DNA of 64,000 bases from Chthonobacter albigriseus (GCF_013839445.1 NZ_JACDIT010000001.1:860658-924657); one strand, 5' to 3'; counted from the stretch's first letter, positions 41,364 to 52,886 are shown. Translations and numbers: made by a program. The notes: generated by a model not told the origin, from the sequence alone.

Positions 41364-43243
41364 TGCACCCGGCCGGTCTGTTCGGCGCGGCGATCGGTCG
41401 CCGCAGTTTCCTGCAACTGGCCGGAGCGGGGGCGCTTGCCGTCGCCCTTCCGCACAGTCCGGCCCAGGCGGGGCGCGGACGCAGCCACGGGCTGTCGGTG
41501 TTCGGGGAGCTCAGGTATGCCGCCGACTTCAAGCACTTCGGCTATGTGAATCCGGCGGCACCGAAGGGCGGAACATTCCGCTTCTCGCCGTCCTACTGGT
41601 ACTTCAACCAGTCGACGCAGACCTTCAACACGCTGAACGGGCTGGTGCTTTCCGGCGATGCGCCGCCGCGGACGGAGTACACCTTCGACACGCTGATGTC
41701 GTCGGCACTGGACGAGCCGGACTCGGTCTACGGGCGCGTCGCGGCGTGGGTGGAGGTTTCGGAGGACGGCAACACCTACCGCTTCGGGCTGCGGCCGGAG
41801 GCACGTTTCCACGACGGGTCGCCGCTGACAGCGGAGGACGTGGCGTTCAGCTACGGGCTCCTGAAGGAGAAGGCGCATCCGCAGATCCGGGAAAGCCTGA
41901 GCGAGCTGGTCTCCGCGACGGCGGAGGGGGCCGAGGTGGTGCTCGTGTTCTCCGGCAAGCAGAACGCCTCGGTGCCGATCGCGGCAACGGGGATGCCGAT
42001 CCTCTCCAAGGCCTTCTATGCGGGCGAGGACTTTACCGCTTCCACGCTGAAGCCGCCGCTCGGGTCCGGGCCCTACCGGATCGGACGGTTCGAGACCGGA
42101 CGGTTCATCGAGTACGACCGGGTGGCGGACTATTGGGGCAAGGACCTGCCGGTGTCGGTGGGGCATGCCAACTTCGACACGCTCCGGATCGTGTTCTTCC
42201 AGGACCGGGAGCCGGAATTCCAGGCGTTCACCAAGGGCGAGATCGAGTGGCGGACGGAGCCGACGTCGCGGCTCTGGGCGACCGGCTACGATTTTCCGGC
42301 GGTGGGCGAAGGCAAGGTGAAGAAGGCGGAGTTCCCCGCCAACCTGCGCCCCACCATGCAGGGCTGGTTCATCAACATGCGCCGGCCGAAGTTCGCGGAC
42401 CCGCGGACGCGCGAGGCGCTCGGCTATTGCTTCGACTTCGAATGGACGCGGGCGAACCTTTTCTACGGCTCCTACGACCGGCAGATCTCGATGTTCGAGC
42501 AATCGGATTTCGAGGCCTCCGGCAAGCCCGGGCCGGACGAGCTGGCGATCATGGAGCCGCTGCGCGACCGGTTGCCACCGGAGGCGTTCGGGGAGGCGAT
42601 CGTGCCGCCGGTGTCGGACGGGTCCGGCCGCGATCGGGCGATGCTGCGGCGGGCGAACGAGCTCTTGACGCAAGCCGGCTGGACGCGCGGGCCGCAGGGG
42701 CTGGTCGACAAAGCCGGCGAGCGGCTGACCGTGGAGTTCCTGATCGAGGCGCAGGTGTTCGAAAAGGTGATGGCGCCCGTGGTGCAGGCGCTGAAGACGC
42801 TTGGGGCGGAGGCGACGATCCGCCTTGTCGATGCGACGCAGTACCAGCGGAGGGTGGAGGAGCGCGAGTTCGACATCATCGGGCGGGCGACGTCGCTGTC
42901 GTCCACGCCGCTCGACGATGTGGAGCAGCTGTTTTCCTCGCGCAACGCGGACGTTCCCGGCGGGTCGAATCTCTCCGGCCTCAAGGACCCGGTGGTGGAC
43001 GAGCTGACGGCACGGGTGCGGGCCGTCAGGACGCGCGAGGAGATGGTGACGCTGCTGAAGGTGATCGACCGCGTGGTCCGGACACACTACATCTGGATCC
43101 CGAACTGGTATTCAGGCCGAATCAGGGCCGCCTTCTGGGACAAGTTCGGCTGGCCGGAAAGGAAGCCGGACTACTTCTTCCCGGTGGAGACGACCTGGTG
43201 GGTCGACGCCGCCAAGGCAGAGGCGATCGGCCGACCGCTCTGA
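41363..43243 (+). CDS. yejA: ABC transporter substrate-binding protein, family 5 (YejA-like), copy 2, Tat-type signal
   Basis: Paralogous to copy 1 (DFKHFxYVNPxAPKGG, WATGYDFPA, etc.). N-terminus MHPAGLFGAAIGRRSFLQLAGAGALA carries a twin-arginine motif. The ATG overlaps the copy 1 stop (ATGA). Confidence 0.85.
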   Translation: MHPAGLFGAAIGRRSFLQLAGAGALAVALPHSPAQAGRGRSHGLSVFGELRYAADFKHFGYVNPAAPKGGTFRFSPSYWYFNQSTQTFNTLNGLVLSGDAPPRTEYTFDTLMSSALDEPDSVYGRVAAWVEVSEDGNTYRFGLRPEARFHDGSPLTAEDVAFSYGLLKEKAHPQIRESLSELVSATAEGAEVVLVFSGKQNASVPIAATGMPILSKAFYAGEDFTASTLKPPLGSGPYRIGRFETGRFIEYDRVADYWGKDLPVSVGHANFDTLRIVFFQDREPEFQAFTKGEIEWRTEPTSRLWATGYDFPAVGEGKVKKAEFPANLRPTMQGWFINMRRPKFADPRTREALGYCFDFEWTRANLFYGSYDRQISMFEQSDFEASGKPGPDELAIMEPLRDRLPPEAFGEAIVPPVSDGSGRDRAMLRRANELLTQAGWTRGPQGLVDKAGERLTVEFLIEAQVFEKVMAPVVQALKTLGAEATIRLVDATQYQRRVEEREFDIIGRATSLSSTPLDDVEQLFSSRNADVPGGSNLSGLKDPVVDELTARVRAVRTREEMVTLLKVIDRVVRTHYIWIPNWYSGRIRAAFWDKFGWPERKPDYFFPVETTWWVDAAKAEAIGRPL

Positions 43244-43270
43244 CCGAGATCGAAGGACCACCGCCCGTCC

Positions 43271-44374
43271 ATGGCAGCCTACATCCTCCGACGCATCCTC
43301 CTGATGATCCCGACGCTGATCGGCATCATGGCGATCAGCTTCATCGTGGTGCAGTTCGCGCCGGGCGGGCCGGTTGAGCGGATCCTGGCGCAGCTGCAGG
43401 GCACCGACGTGTCGGCGACCGACCGGATCACCGGCGGGAGCGGCGACTTCGCCGCGGGGGCAGAGCCGGGCGGCGGTGGCGGAACCACCTCGAACTACCG
43501 GGGTGCGCAGGGGCTCGACCCGGAGTTCATCAAGGAGCTTGAGGTACAGTTCGGCTTCGACAAGCCGCCGCTGGAACGCTTCGGGCTGATGCTGTGGAAC
43601 TACGCGCGGTTCGACTTCGGGACCAGCTACTTCCGCGACACGGCGGTGGTGGACCTCATTCTGGAAAAGATGCCGGTCTCCATCTCGCTTGGGCTTTGGC
43701 TGACGCTGATCTCCTACGCGATCTCGATCCCGCTCGGGATCCGCAAGGCGGTGCAAGACGGTTCGCGCTTCGACACCTGGACCTCGACGGTGATCGTGAT
43801 CGGCTACGCGGTGCCAGGTTTCCTGTTCGCGGTGCTGCTGATCGTGCTGTTCGCGGGCGGCAGCTTCTTCGACTGGTTCCCGCTGCGCGGGCTCACGTCG
43901 GAGAATTGGGAGCAGCTGTCGTGGCCGGCGCGGATCGTCGACTACTTCTGGCACCTGGCGCTGCCGCTGACGGCGATGGCGCTGTCCGCCTTCGCGACGA
44001 CGACGCTCCTGACCAAGAACGCCTTCCTGGACGAGATCCGCAAGCAATACGTGCTGACGGCGCGGATGAAGGGGCTGAACGACCGGCAGGTGCTCTACGG
44101 GCACGTGTTCCGCAACGCGATGCTCCTGATCATCGCGGGGTTTCCGGGGGCGTTCATTTCGGCCTTCTTCACGGGATCGCTGCTGATCGAGACGATCTTT
44201 TCGCTGGACGGGCTCGGGCTCCTGGGCTTCGAGAGCGTGATCAACCGCGACTATCCCGTGGTGTTCGGGACGCTCTACATCTTCTCGCTGATCGGGCTGG
44301 TGACGAACCTTCTCTCCGACCTCACCTACACCTGGATCGATCCACGGATCGATTTCGAGGCGCGGGAGGTCTGA
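43271..44374 (+). CDS. yejB: ABC transporter permease YejB (BPD_transp_1)
   Basis: 6-TM permease with an EAA-like loop; standard OppB/YejB-like N-terminus [29 protein letters not shown]. Confidence 0.9.
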   Translation: MAAYILRRILLMIPTLIGIMAISFIVVQFAPGGPVERILAQLQGTDVSATDRITGGSGDFAAGAEPGGGGGTTSNYRGAQGLDPEFIKELEVQFGFDKPPLERFGLMLWNYARFDFGTSYFRDTAVVDLILEKMPVSISLGLWLTLISYAISIPLGIRKAVQDGSRFDTWTSTVIVIGYAVPGFLFAVLLIVLFAGGSFFDWFPLRGLTSENWEQLSWPARIVDYFWHLALPLTAMALSAFATTTLLTKNAFLDEIRKQYVLTARMKGLNDRQVLYGHVFRNAMLLIIAGFPGAFISAFFTGSLLIETIFSLDGLGLLGFESVINRDYPVVFGTLYIFSLIGLVTNLLSDLTYTWIDPRIDFEAREV

Positions 44375-44378
44375 GCCG

Positions 44379-45551
44379 ATGGAGATGACCGTCCCGCCCC
44401 CGCCGCCGACCACGCAGGCGCCGCCCGCCCAACCGCTCGTGGCCAAGCGCAGCCGGTTCCAGCTGTCGCCGATCAACCGGCGCAGGCTCGACAACTTCAA
44501 GGCCAACCGTCGGGGGGTGTGGTCTTTCTGGATCTTCCTGGCGCTGTTCGTCCTGTCGCTGTTCGCCGAAGTGATCGCCAACGACAAGCCGCTGCTCGTC
44601 TCCTACAAGGGGGAGACGCTCTATCCGGTGCTGGTGGACTATCCGGAGGAGAAGTTCGGCGGCTTCCTGGCGATCACCAACTTCCGCGACCCCTTCATCC
44701 AGGACGAGATCAACGCCAACGGCTGGATGGTCTGGCCGCCGATCCGCTATTCCTACTCCACGGTGAACACGGAAATGCCGCGGCCGGCGCCGTCGCCGCC
44801 GTGGTGGATGATGGAGCGGGAGGAGCTCTGCTCGCGCTACCCGATGGGGGTGGACGACCCCAACTGCACGCTCGGCAACTTCAACTGGATCGGCACCGAC
44901 GACCAGGGCCGCGACGTGGTGGCGCGACTGATCTACGGGTTCCGGATCTCCGTGCTGTTCGGGATGATCCTGGCCGTGATCTCGTCCGTGGTCGGCGTTG
45001 CGGCGGGCGCGGTGCAGGGCTATTTCGGCGGTTGGGTGGACCTGGTGTTCCAGCGCTTCATCGAGATCTGGACGTCGATCCCGACGCTCTACCTGCTCCT
45101 GATCCTGGCGGCGGTGATGACGCCGTCATTCTTCATCCTGCTCGGCATCATGCTGCTGTTCTCGTGGGTGGCGCTGGTGGGCGTGGTGCGGGCCGAGTTC
45201 CTGCGGGCGCGAAACTTTGAATACGTGCGGGCGGCCAAGGCGCTCGGCGTCTCCAACGGGACGATCATGTGGCGGCACATGCTGCCGAACGCGATGGTGG
45301 CGACGCTGACGTTCCTGCCGTTCATCCTCAACGGCTCGATCACCACGCTGACTTCGCTGGACTTCCTGGGGTTCGGCCTGCCGCCGGGATCGCCCTCGCT
45401 CGGGGAACTGCTGGCGCAGGGCAAGAACAACATCCAGGCGCCATGGCTGGGCTTCTCCGGGTTCATCGTGATCTCGGTCATGCTAAGCTTGCTGGTGTTC
45501 GTCGGCGAGGCCGTGCGCGATGCGTTCGACCCGCGCAAGACGTTCCGGTGA
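44379..45551 (+). CDS. yejE: ABC transporter permease YejE
   Basis: OppC/YejE-like permease with a long N-terminal periplasmic segment and an EAA motif region. Confidence 0.9.
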   Translation: MEMTVPPPPPTTQAPPAQPLVAKRSRFQLSPINRRRLDNFKANRRGVWSFWIFLALFVLSLFAEVIANDKPLLVSYKGETLYPVLVDYPEEKFGGFLAITNFRDPFIQDEINANGWMVWPPIRYSYSTVNTEMPRPAPSPPWWMMEREELCSRYPMGVDDPNCTLGNFNWIGTDDQGRDVVARLIYGFRISVLFGMILAVISSVVGVAAGAVQGYFGGWVDLVFQRFIEIWTSIPTLYLLLILAAVMTPSFFILLGIMLLFSWVALVGVVRAEFLRARNFEYVRAAKALGVSNGTIMWRHMLPNAMVATLTFLPFILNGSITTLTSLDFLGFGLPPGSPSLGELLAQGKNNIQAPWLGFSGFIVISVMLSLLVFVGEAVRDAFDPRKTFR

Positions 45552-45561
45552 GGATGAGGCG

Positions 45562-45801
45562 ATGAACAAGGTGGTGACGCGACAACACGTCCGGGCTTCC
45601 GAACTGCCCGCCGATCTCCGCGGGGAGATCCCGCCATCAGCGCTTGTGACGGTCACGGTCTCGGAAGAGGTCACGCACGATGACCGTAAAGATCCGATCC
45701 AGCTTCTCAAAGAGTACCACCAGATTTCCGACAAGCCTGGAGTGACCAGCGAGGAAGCCGTACAGCGGGTCCGCGCGCTTCGAGACGAATGGGACGACTG
45801 A
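45562..45801 (+). CDS. Small acidic protein, candidate antitoxin (VapB-like) of a type II TA pair
   Basis: 79 aa, SD GAGGATGAGG upstream. N-terminal segment RQHVRASELPADLRGEIPPSALVTVTVSEEV could fit a swapped-hairpin (AbrB/MazE-like) fold. Stop overlaps the downstream PIN gene start (ATGA). Local GC clearly below flanking genes. Confidence 0.5.
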   Translation: MNKVVTRQHVRASELPADLRGEIPPSALVTVTVSEEVTHDDRKDPIQLLKEYHQISDKPGVTSEEAVQRVRALRDEWDD

Positions 45802-46301
45802 TGGAGGCCGTCGGTCGCCTGTACCTCGACACCAACATCTTCATACGTGCGTTCGAAGGAACCGACGAACTGGCCGCCCGGATCAGACGTTTGTTCTACG
45901 GTGTCGAAGGGCGTCCGCTCCTGGTGACCAGCCAACTCACCTACGCTGAGGCGATCCAAAAGCCCTATGCGGAACGAAACGATCGGCTCATCGACCTCTA
46001 TTCAAACTGGCTTCGAACCGGCAACAATGTCCTGGACGTGTGTCCATTGGATCCTGATTGTCTGTATTACGCGGCGGTTTTGCGGAGTACCTACAAGTCG
46101 CTGAAACTTCCCGACGCGATCCACCTTTCGACGGCCTTCGGATCACAATGCACTCATTTTCTGTCAGACGATCAGCGACTTCCGAATGATGTTGCGATGT
46201 CGCACCATCCCCACGGCCTCGTCCGAGGACCGATGAACCTGATCATGCTTCGGCCTGACAGGAAAACTGTCGACACGCTTCTGGAGATGCTGTCGCCATG
46301 A
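45801..46301 (+). CDS. vapC: PIN-domain ribonuclease, VapC-like toxin
   Basis: PIN signature: beta1 LYLDTNIFI (Asp), LVTSQLTYAEAIQ (Glu), LPDAIHLSTAFGSQCTHFLSDDQRL (Asp…T.D). Alternative ATG at 45789. Stop overlaps the yejF ATG (ATGA). Has a ~40-aa C-terminal extension. Confidence 0.7.
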   Translation: MEAVGRLYLDTNIFIRAFEGTDELAARIRRLFYGVEGRPLLVTSQLTYAEAIQKPYAERNDRLIDLYSNWLRTGNNVLDVCPLDPDCLYYAAVLRSTYKSLKLPDAIHLSTAFGSQCTHFLSDDQRLPNDVAMSHHPHGLVRGPMNLIMLRPDRKTVDTLLEMLSP

Positions 46302-47929
46302 TACCCAAACCCCTTCTCGTGGTGGATGATCTCAGCGTGGCGTTCGCGCAGGGTGGCGGGACGTCGCTGGCGGTGGACCGGATCTCGTTCACCGTGGAGG
46401 CGGGCGAGACGGTGGCGATCGTTGGCGAGTCCGGGTCGGGCAAGTCGGTGACCGCGCTATCGGTGGTCAAGCTGCTGCCCTATCCGGCGGCGTCGCATCC
46501 GAGCGGTCGGATCCTGTTCAAGGGCGAGGACCTGCTGGCCGCGTCGGACGCGGCGCTCCGGCAGGTGCGCGGCAACGCGATCACCATGGTGTTCCAGGAG
46601 CCGATGACATCGCTCAACCCGCTGCACACGATCGAGCGGCAGATCGGCGAGATCCTGAAGGTACACAAGGGGCTGTCGGACGGCGAGGCACGGGTGCGGA
46701 CGCTCGAGCTTTTGCGCGAGGTGGGCATCCCGTCGCCGGAGTCGCGGCTCGGGGCCTATCCGCACCAGCTTTCCGGCGGGCAGCGGCAGCGGGTGATGAT
46801 CGCCATGGCGCTCGCCAACGAGCCGGACCTCCTGATCGCGGACGAGCCGACGACGGCGCTCGACGTCACCGTGCAGGCGCAGATCCTGAGGCTTCTGAAG
46901 GACCTGCAGGCCAGGCGCGGGATGGCCATCCTGTTCATCACGCACGACCTCGGGATCGTGGAACGCTTCGCCGACAAGGTCTGCGTAATGACCAGGGGCA
47001 AGATCGTGGAGGCGGGGCCGACCAAGGCGGTGTTCGCCGACCCGCAGCACGCCTATACCCGGCACCTGCTCTCCGCGGCGCCCAATGGCGAACCGCCGCC
47101 GGCGGATGCGTCAGCACCGGTGGTGATGGAGGCGAGCGACCTGAAGGTGTGGTTCCCGATCCGGCGGGGGTTCCTGCGCCGGACGGTGGGCCACGTGAAG
47201 GCCGTGGACGGCGTCTCGGTAAGGGTTCGGGCGGGGCAGACGCTAGGCATCGTTGGCGAATCCGGGTCGGGAAAGACCACGCTCGGACTTGCGCTGCTGC
47301 GGCTGATCGGCAGCGAGGGGCGGATCGCCTTTCTCGGGCGATCGATCGAGACGCTGCGATCTGCAGAGATCCGGCCGCTCCGGCGCGACATCCAGATCGT
47401 GTTCCAGGATCCGTTCGGCTCGCTCAGCCCACGCATGTCGGTGGGCGACATCGTCGGCGAGGGGCTCCTGGTGCACGAGCCGGATATGCGAGCGGAGGAG
47501 CGCGAGGCGCGGGTGGTCAACGCGCTTACGGAAGTGGGACTCGATCCGGAGACGCGTTTCCGCTATCCGCACGAATTCTCCGGCGGGCAGCGGCAGCGCA
47601 TCGCGATCGCGCGTGCGATGGCGCTCAATCCGAAGTTCGTGATGCTGGACGAGCCGACGTCGGCGCTGGACATGAGCGTGCAGGCGCAGGTGGTGGACCT
47701 GCTGCGGGATCTGCAGCGGCGGCATGGGCTCGCCTACCTCTTCATCAGCCACGACCTGAAGGTGGTGAAGGCGCTGGCCAACGACCTCGTGGTGATGAAG
47801 GACGGCAAGGTGGTGGAGGCTGGGCCTGCCGCCGAGGTGTTCGCCCGGCCGCAGGCGCCCTATACGCAGGCGCTGCTCGCGGCCGCCTTCAAGCTGGAAA
47901 CGGCGGCCATCGGAGCAGTGCGGGAGTAG
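46298..47929 (+). CDS. yejF: ABC transporter ATP-binding protein YejF (two fused ABC domains)
   Basis: Two Walker A ([16 protein letters not shown]), two LSGGQRQR signatures, two Walker B; 543 aa. Confidence 0.95.
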   Translation: MIPKPLLVVDDLSVAFAQGGGTSLAVDRISFTVEAGETVAIVGESGSGKSVTALSVVKLLPYPAASHPSGRILFKGEDLLAASDAALRQVRGNAITMVFQEPMTSLNPLHTIERQIGEILKVHKGLSDGEARVRTLELLREVGIPSPESRLGAYPHQLSGGQRQRVMIAMALANEPDLLIADEPTTALDVTVQAQILRLLKDLQARRGMAILFITHDLGIVERFADKVCVMTRGKIVEAGPTKAVFADPQHAYTRHLLSAAPNGEPPPADASAPVVMEASDLKVWFPIRRGFLRRTVGHVKAVDGVSVRVRAGQTLGIVGESGSGKTTLGLALLRLIGSEGRIAFLGRSIETLRSAEIRPLRRDIQIVFQDPFGSLSPRMSVGDIVGEGLLVHEPDMRAEEREARVVNALTEVGLDPETRFRYPHEFSGGQRQRIAIARAMALNPKFVMLDEPTSALDMSVQAQVVDLLRDLQRRHGLAYLFISHDLKVVKALANDLVVMKDGKVVEAGPAAEVFARPQAPYTQALLAAAFKLETAAIGAVRE

Positions 47930-47957
47930 CGCTCCCGCCGCCGGTCCGCCTCGCCGA

Positions 47958-49559
47958 TCAGGCTGCGACGTCGCGGGTGAACTTGCGGATCCGCTCGTCC
48001 AGGGCTGCCGCCGCCTGGGACAGATCGTCGGCAATCGTGGAGACCGTATCGGCTACCCGGGCCGTATCCACCGCCGCACCGGAAACGCCGGAAATAGTCG
48101 CTCCCAGTTCGGCCGTGCCGCGGGAAACCTCTCCTGCCCTGAGGGATATGCCGGAGGTGGTCGCGGACTGCTGCTCCATGGCGGCGGCGATGCTGCCGCT
48201 GGAGTGCTCGATCGTGTCAAGCGTGGTCGTCAGTGAGCCGATCTGATCGACGACTGCCGCCGTTGCTGCCTGGATGGCACCGATCTGGCCGGTGATCTCG
48301 TCGGTGGCCTTTGCGGTCTGGGCGGCGAGCACCTTGACCTCGTTGGCGACAACGGCGAAGCCACGGCCCATCTCGCCGGCGCGGGCCGCCTCAATGGTGG
48401 CGTTGAGGGCGAGGAGATTGGTCTGGTCGGCGATGCCGCGGATGAGATCGACCACCGTGCCGATCCGCTCGGTGTTGGCGGCAAGCGATTCCACCTGGCG
48501 GCGGGCCTCGCGACCCTTGACGGCGCCGTCGGCGGTGACCCGGTTGGCGGCTTCGATCTGGCGGCCGACGTCGCGGACGGTTTCGGAGAGCTGGCGGGTG
48601 GCGTCTGCGACGGCTCCGACGTGTTCGCTGTCGCGCCCGGCCGCGCCCGCGGCGGCAGCGGCGGAGGTGCGGGTCAGCGAGGCGACGCGGGTCAACTCGC
48701 CGGCGGTGCTGGTCATGGTCTCGGCGCTGGACTTGACGAAGCCGACTATCTGGCCAGCCTCCTCGCGGAACGCGCCGACCACCTCCTCCAGGAGAGCGGC
48801 CCGGCGTTGGCGCTCGGCCACGCGGACGGCCTCCTCCTGCTTCAGCCGATCGTTCTCGATCATCGACAGGCGGAAGACCTCGACGGCGCCGGCAATGCGG
48901 CCGACCTCGTCGGCGCGATCCTGGCCATCGACGACGATACCGGTGTCTCCGCCGGCAAGGCGGCCGACGGCATCGGCGATAGATCCGAGCGAGCGGCTGA
49001 CACCACTGCCCAGGCGCCACGCATAGAAGACGAAGCCGAGAAGAAGCGGGGCGCAAAGCGCGCCGATGGTGACGGCGATGCGAAGAAGCACGATGTCGAC
49101 GCCGGCAACCGGCGACGCCGCAACGATCACCGTGTCCGCACCCGCCACGGGAAGCGCATAGGCCATCATCTCCACGGGACCAGACGTGGAGGGCGAGGTG
49201 CCGGTGTAGCGAACGAGCGAGCCGCCGGCGCGGGCGGCCGCCAACCAGTCCTCGACCGGACCTGCGATCGTCCCGGCGACGAGCTTTCCGCTGCGATCCA
49301 GGACGGCCACCTGCGTGTCGCCGGCCACATTGGACGCTCCGGGTCCGGCGCCGGCCGACGCTGCGGCGACTTCGGCAGCACTCCGAACGGCAAGCCCGCG
49401 GGCCTCGAAGAGGCTTTCGCGGAACTGATAGAGCGCCAAACCCGTCCCGACGCCCATGATCAGGACAGCGACGCAGATGACGACGAGGAACCTGACACCC
49501 AAGGTCAGTCGGGAGGTTCCGGGCTGGGACGGAAGGAGGGGTTCGCGACGGTAAATCAT
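47958..49559 (-). CDS. Methyl-accepting chemotaxis protein
   Basis: N-terminal TM, periplasmic segment, second TM, HAMP, and MA signalling domain ([31 protein letters not shown]). The upstream 239 codons of the ORF are GC artefact. Confidence 0.85.
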   Translation of the reverse strand: MIYRREPLLPSQPGTSRLTLGVRFLVVICVAVLIMGVGTGLALYQFRESLFEARGLAVRSAAEVAAASAGAGPGASNVAGDTQVAVLDRSGKLVAGTIAGPVEDWLAAARAGGSLVRYTGTSPSTSGPVEMMAYALPVAGADTVIVAASPVAGVDIVLLRIAVTIGALCAPLLLGFVFYAWRLGSGVSRSLGSIADAVGRLAGGDTGIVVDGQDRADEVGRIAGAVEVFRLSMIENDRLKQEEAVRVAERQRRAALLEEVVGAFREEAGQIVGFVKSSAETMTSTAGELTRVASLTRTSAAAAAGAAGRDSEHVGAVADATRQLSETVRDVGRQIEAANRVTADGAVKGREARRQVESLAANTERIGTVVDLIRGIADQTNLLALNATIEAARAGEMGRGFAVVANEVKVLAAQTAKATDEITGQIGAIQAATAAVVDQIGSLTTTLDTIEHSSGSIAAAMEQQSATTSGISLRAGEVSRGTAELGATISGVSGAAVDTARVADTVSTIADDLSQAAAALDERIRKFTRDVAA

Positions 49560-49659
49560 GCCGTCGACACTATGTCTTTTGCTGATGAAGAGGTCGTTAA
49601 GTCCCCCACCCGGAAAAACCCCTAGGGCCGTTTGGCCGCACCTCCCCCGGCAGGCGCGC

Positions 49660-50151
49660 TCAAGGCGCCGCGAGCGACCACCGCGCGGGCTCGGTGGCGG
49701 CAAAGGCGGCGACGTCGGTCTCCACGATCGCCAGTCGAACTTCCTCGCCGTCGAAGCCGGCGGTATCGACGGGGAGACGGACGGGCGTACCGCCAACACC
49801 CAGAAAACCGCCAACCGTGGTGGTGATCGACATCGGCAGGCCGTCGGCATCGAGCTGGACGTCGGATACCTCGCCGACCTCGACACCATCAGCGCTGAGC
49901 ACTGGCTTGCCGATCCAGAGGTCCGGGTCGGCGTCGTTGCCGGCGACAACCGGCGCTTCGGCAACGGAACCGGTGCTGTCCGGAGCGGTCGGCACAGGGG
50001 CGTCGCCCGCGTCGATCCCAGCCGGCGCCTCGTCGACGACCGGAGCGGCAAGCGCCATCGGCGACTCGTCGCGCGGTTCGACCAGGACGATGCCGGCGAC
50101 GAGTGCGCCGATCGCTGCCACAAGGGCCGGGGCGACCCATACCACCCGCAT
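49660..50151 (-). CDS. PRC-barrel domain protein with N-terminal TM/signal anchor
   Basis: [24 protein letters not shown] anchor. PRC-barrel-like segment [27 protein letters not shown]. Confidence 0.55.
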   Translation of the reverse strand: MRVVWVAPALVAAIGALVAGIVLVEPRDESPMALAAPVVDEAPAGIDAGDAPVPTAPDSTGSVAEAPVVAGNDADPDLWIGKPVLSADGVEVGEVSDVQLDADGLPMSITTTVGGFLGVGGTPVRLPVDTAGFDGEEVRLAIVETDVAAFAATEPARWSLAAP

Positions 50152-50337
50152 GATGTTCTCCTGAACCCAACGACTACGCTGAACTGTTGAAGCCGGTTCG
50201 CCTCGCGGAACGGTAATGTTCCGGTTAAAGATCGGTTCCACGGCGGTGCACAAAACTTCGCGATCCGCCGGCCCAACCGGCGAAGGCGTCGGCTCGCGAG
50301 CGGACAACGTCGGGAGAATCACGCGGTCGGGTGCGGT

Positions 50338-50994
50338 TCAGCGGCGAAGGTCGGGGTCCCGCCCCGGCGGATTGCGATATGCCGGCAAGGTCCAGCCGTA
50401 GGCCAGCGCGCCGCCGCGGATCAGGAAGGCGATGACGGCCCCGGTGACGGCGGAGACCCAGAAGGGCACCTGGACCGCGAGTAGCGCCAGATGCACGGCC
50501 GCGCCGACCATGGCCGCGGTGATGTAGATCTCGCGGCGGATGATGATCGACGGCTCGCCGGCGAGGATGTCACGGATCACGCCGCCGAAGGCCGCGGTCA
50601 TGCCGCCCATGATCACGGCGGGCACGAAGGGAGCGCCCGCCGCATGCGCCTTGGATGCGCCCATCACCGCGTAGGCGGACATGCCGACGGCGTCGAGCCA
50701 GAGCAGCAGGCGGTAGCGGGACCAGTTCTCGTAGAAATAATGGGCAACGAAGAAGACCGCGACCGAGACGGCGATGGCCACCACCACATAGGTCGGGTTG
50801 CGGATCCAGAAGACCGGGACGGTGCCGAGCAGCAGATCGCGCAGGGTGCCGCCACCGACCCCCGCCGCGACGCCGAAGAAGCAGAAGGCGATGATGTCGA
50901 GCTGCTTGCGCGAGGCCGCGAGCGCGCCCGTGACGGCGAACACCGCCACGCCGAGATAGTCCAGGAGCGACAGGAATGCCGGTGCTTCGACCAT
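50338..50994 (-). CDS. TRIC/UPF0126 family membrane protein (trimeric intracellular cation channel-like; YadS family)
   Basis: Two UPF0126 repeats, each with Gly-rich helices (GVAAGVGGGTLRDLL; MTAAFGGVIRDIL). Confidence 0.75.
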   Translation of the reverse strand: MVEAPAFLSLLDYLGVAVFAVTGALAASRKQLDIIAFCFFGVAAGVGGGTLRDLLLGTVPVFWIRNPTYVVVAIAVSVAVFFVAHYFYENWSRYRLLLWLDAVGMSAYAVMGASKAHAAGAPFVPAVIMGGMTAAFGGVIRDILAGEPSIIIRREIYITAAMVGAAVHLALLAVQVPFWVSAVTGAVIAFLIRGGALAYGWTLPAYRNPPGRDPDLRR

Positions 50995-51114
50995 GCGGCG
51001 CAGCCTAGCGGACGTCCGGCACGGACGGAAGGTGGAGAGGGCGCGGGCCCGACCGGGACGGCACCTCTCCCCGGGACGGAGGGCGGTGCGCTTCCGCCCT
51101 AGCCGAGAGGCGGC

Positions 51115-51702
51115 TCACGCCGTCTTGTCGACCCGTACGCCCTCGCCTTCCGGACGGGCCGACGGCTTGGGGCCGCCGCGGCCGACGCCGACGAGGGCGG
51201 GACGGAGGACGCGGTCGCCGATGACGAAACCGGCCTGCACGACCTGAACGACGGTGCCGGAGGGAACGTCGGGGTTGGGGACCTCGAACATGGCCTGGTG
51301 GAAGTTCGGGTCGAACTTCTCGCCGGTGGGGTCGATCTTGCGGACGCCCTGCTTCTCCAGCGCCTTGAGAAGCTCGCGCTCGGTCATCTCGACGCCGTCG
51401 AGGAGGGCGACGATCGCGGGCGAGGCGCCTTCGCGGACGTCGGCAGGCACAGCGGAAAGGGCGCGGGCGAGGTTATCGCCGACGGAGACGACATCGCGGG
51501 CAAAGCCGGTAACGGCGTAGGCGCGGGTGTCGGCGATCTCGCGTTCGGTGCGGCGGCGCAGGTTCTCCATCTCGGCCAGCGTGCGCAGGAGTTGGTCCTT
51601 GAGCTCGGCGACCTGGGTCTCGAGGGCGAGGAGGCGCGGATCGGCCGCGCCGTCGGCGCCGGCTTCCGGATCCGGAGCGGCGTTGGATGTCTCTTCGGTC
51701 AT
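51115..51702 (-). CDS. grpE: Nucleotide exchange factor GrpE
   Basis: 195 aa from [15 protein letters not shown]…[22 protein letters not shown]… The 592-aa ORF in the track fuses this to a wrong-frame region antisense to hrcA. Confidence 0.9.
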   Translation of the reverse strand: MTEETSNAAPDPEAGADGAADPRLLALETQVAELKDQLLRTLAEMENLRRRTEREIADTRAYAVTGFARDVVSVGDNLARALSAVPADVREGASPAIVALLDGVEMTERELLKALEKQGVRKIDPTGEKFDPNFHQAMFEVPNPDVPSGTVVQVVQAGFVIGDRVLRPALVGVGRGGPKPSARPEGEGVRVDKTA

Positions 51703-51815
51703 TCCGGTCTCTCTTTCGAGGGCGGGCGTGGGCAGCCCCACGTGTCGGCCCCGGATTTGAGGGTTTGCGGCTGGAAAATCAAGGCGGGTGTTGCCGGATC
51801 GACCCCCGGGGCCGC

Positions 51816-52886
51816 TCAGCCGAGGATCTTGCCGACGACCTTGGCTGTGTAGTCCACCATCGGCACCACGCGGGCGTAGTTGAGCCGCGTCGGGCCGATG
51901 ACGCCGACGACACCGATGACGCGGGCATCCTGGTCGCGGTAGGGGGAGACCACAAGCGAGGATCCGGAAAGCGAGAAGAGCTTGTTCTCCGAACCGATGA
52001 AGATGCGGACGCCGTCGCCACTGTCGGCAAGGCCGAGCAGCTGGATCAGGTCGCGCTGGGTTTCCAGGTCGTCGAAGAGCAGGCGGATCCGCTCCAGGTC
52101 CTCCTGGGCGCGGAGATCGTCGAGAAGGTTGGCGCGACCGCGGACGATGAGGGTGCCCGGCCGCTCGCCGGGCAGTTGGCCCCAGGAGGCGAGGCCGGCC
52201 TCGACAAGGCGGTGGGTGAGCGCGTCGAGCTCCGCCCGGGCTGCCTCCGACCGCTTCTCCATCTCGCCGCGGACCTCGGCGATGGTGCGGCCGCGGATAT
52301 GGGCATTCAGGTAGTTCGCGGCCTCGGTGAGGACCGAGGCCGGCAGGCCGGGCGGCAGGTCGATCAGCCGGTTCTCCACGATGCCGTTCTCGCCGACGAG
52401 GACGACGAGGCCGCGGGTGGGCTCGATGCGGACGAACTCGATGTGCTTGAGGCGGAGGTCGGACTTGGCGGTGACCACCACGCCGGCGCCGCGGGAGAGG
52501 CCGGAGAGGAGCTCGGTCGCCTCGTTGAGGACGTTCTCCACGGTCTTGCCGGCGCCGCCGGTCTTGACCTTGGCCTCGATGGCGGTGCGCTCGTCGCTGG
52601 TGAGATCGCCGATCTCCAGGAGGGCGTCGACGAAGAAGCGCAGGCCGAGGTCGGTGGGCAGGCGGCCGGCGGAGGTGTGCGGGGCGTAGATGAGGCCGGC
52701 GCGCTCCAAATCGGCCATGACGTTGCGCACCGAGGCCGGCGACAGCGGCGACGGCAGAAGACGGGCGATGTTGCGGCTGCCGGCGGGTTCGCCGGTCTCC
52801 AGATAGCTGTCCACGATCCGGCGGAAGATCTCCCGGGACCGTTGGTCGAGGTCGCGGAGGCTGCCGGACCAGCTTTCGAACGTCAC
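51816..52886 (-). CDS. hrcA: Heat-inducible transcription repressor HrcA
   Basis: N-terminal winged helix ([29 protein letters not shown]) and HrcA C-domain; 356 aa. Confidence 0.92.
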   Translation of the reverse strand: MTFESWSGSLRDLDQRSREIFRRIVDSYLETGEPAGSRNIARLLPSPLSPASVRNVMADLERAGLIYAPHTSAGRLPTDLGLRFFVDALLEIGDLTSDERTAIEAKVKTGGAGKTVENVLNEATELLSGLSRGAGVVVTAKSDLRLKHIEFVRIEPTRGLVVLVGENGIVENRLIDLPPGLPASVLTEAANYLNAHIRGRTIAEVRGEMEKRSEAARAELDALTHRLVEAGLASWGQLPGERPGTLIVRGRANLLDDLRAQEDLERIRLLFDDLETQRDLIQLLGLADSGDGVRIFIGSENKLFSLSGSSLVVSPYRDQDARVIGVVGVIGPTRLNYARVVPMVDYTAKVVGKILG

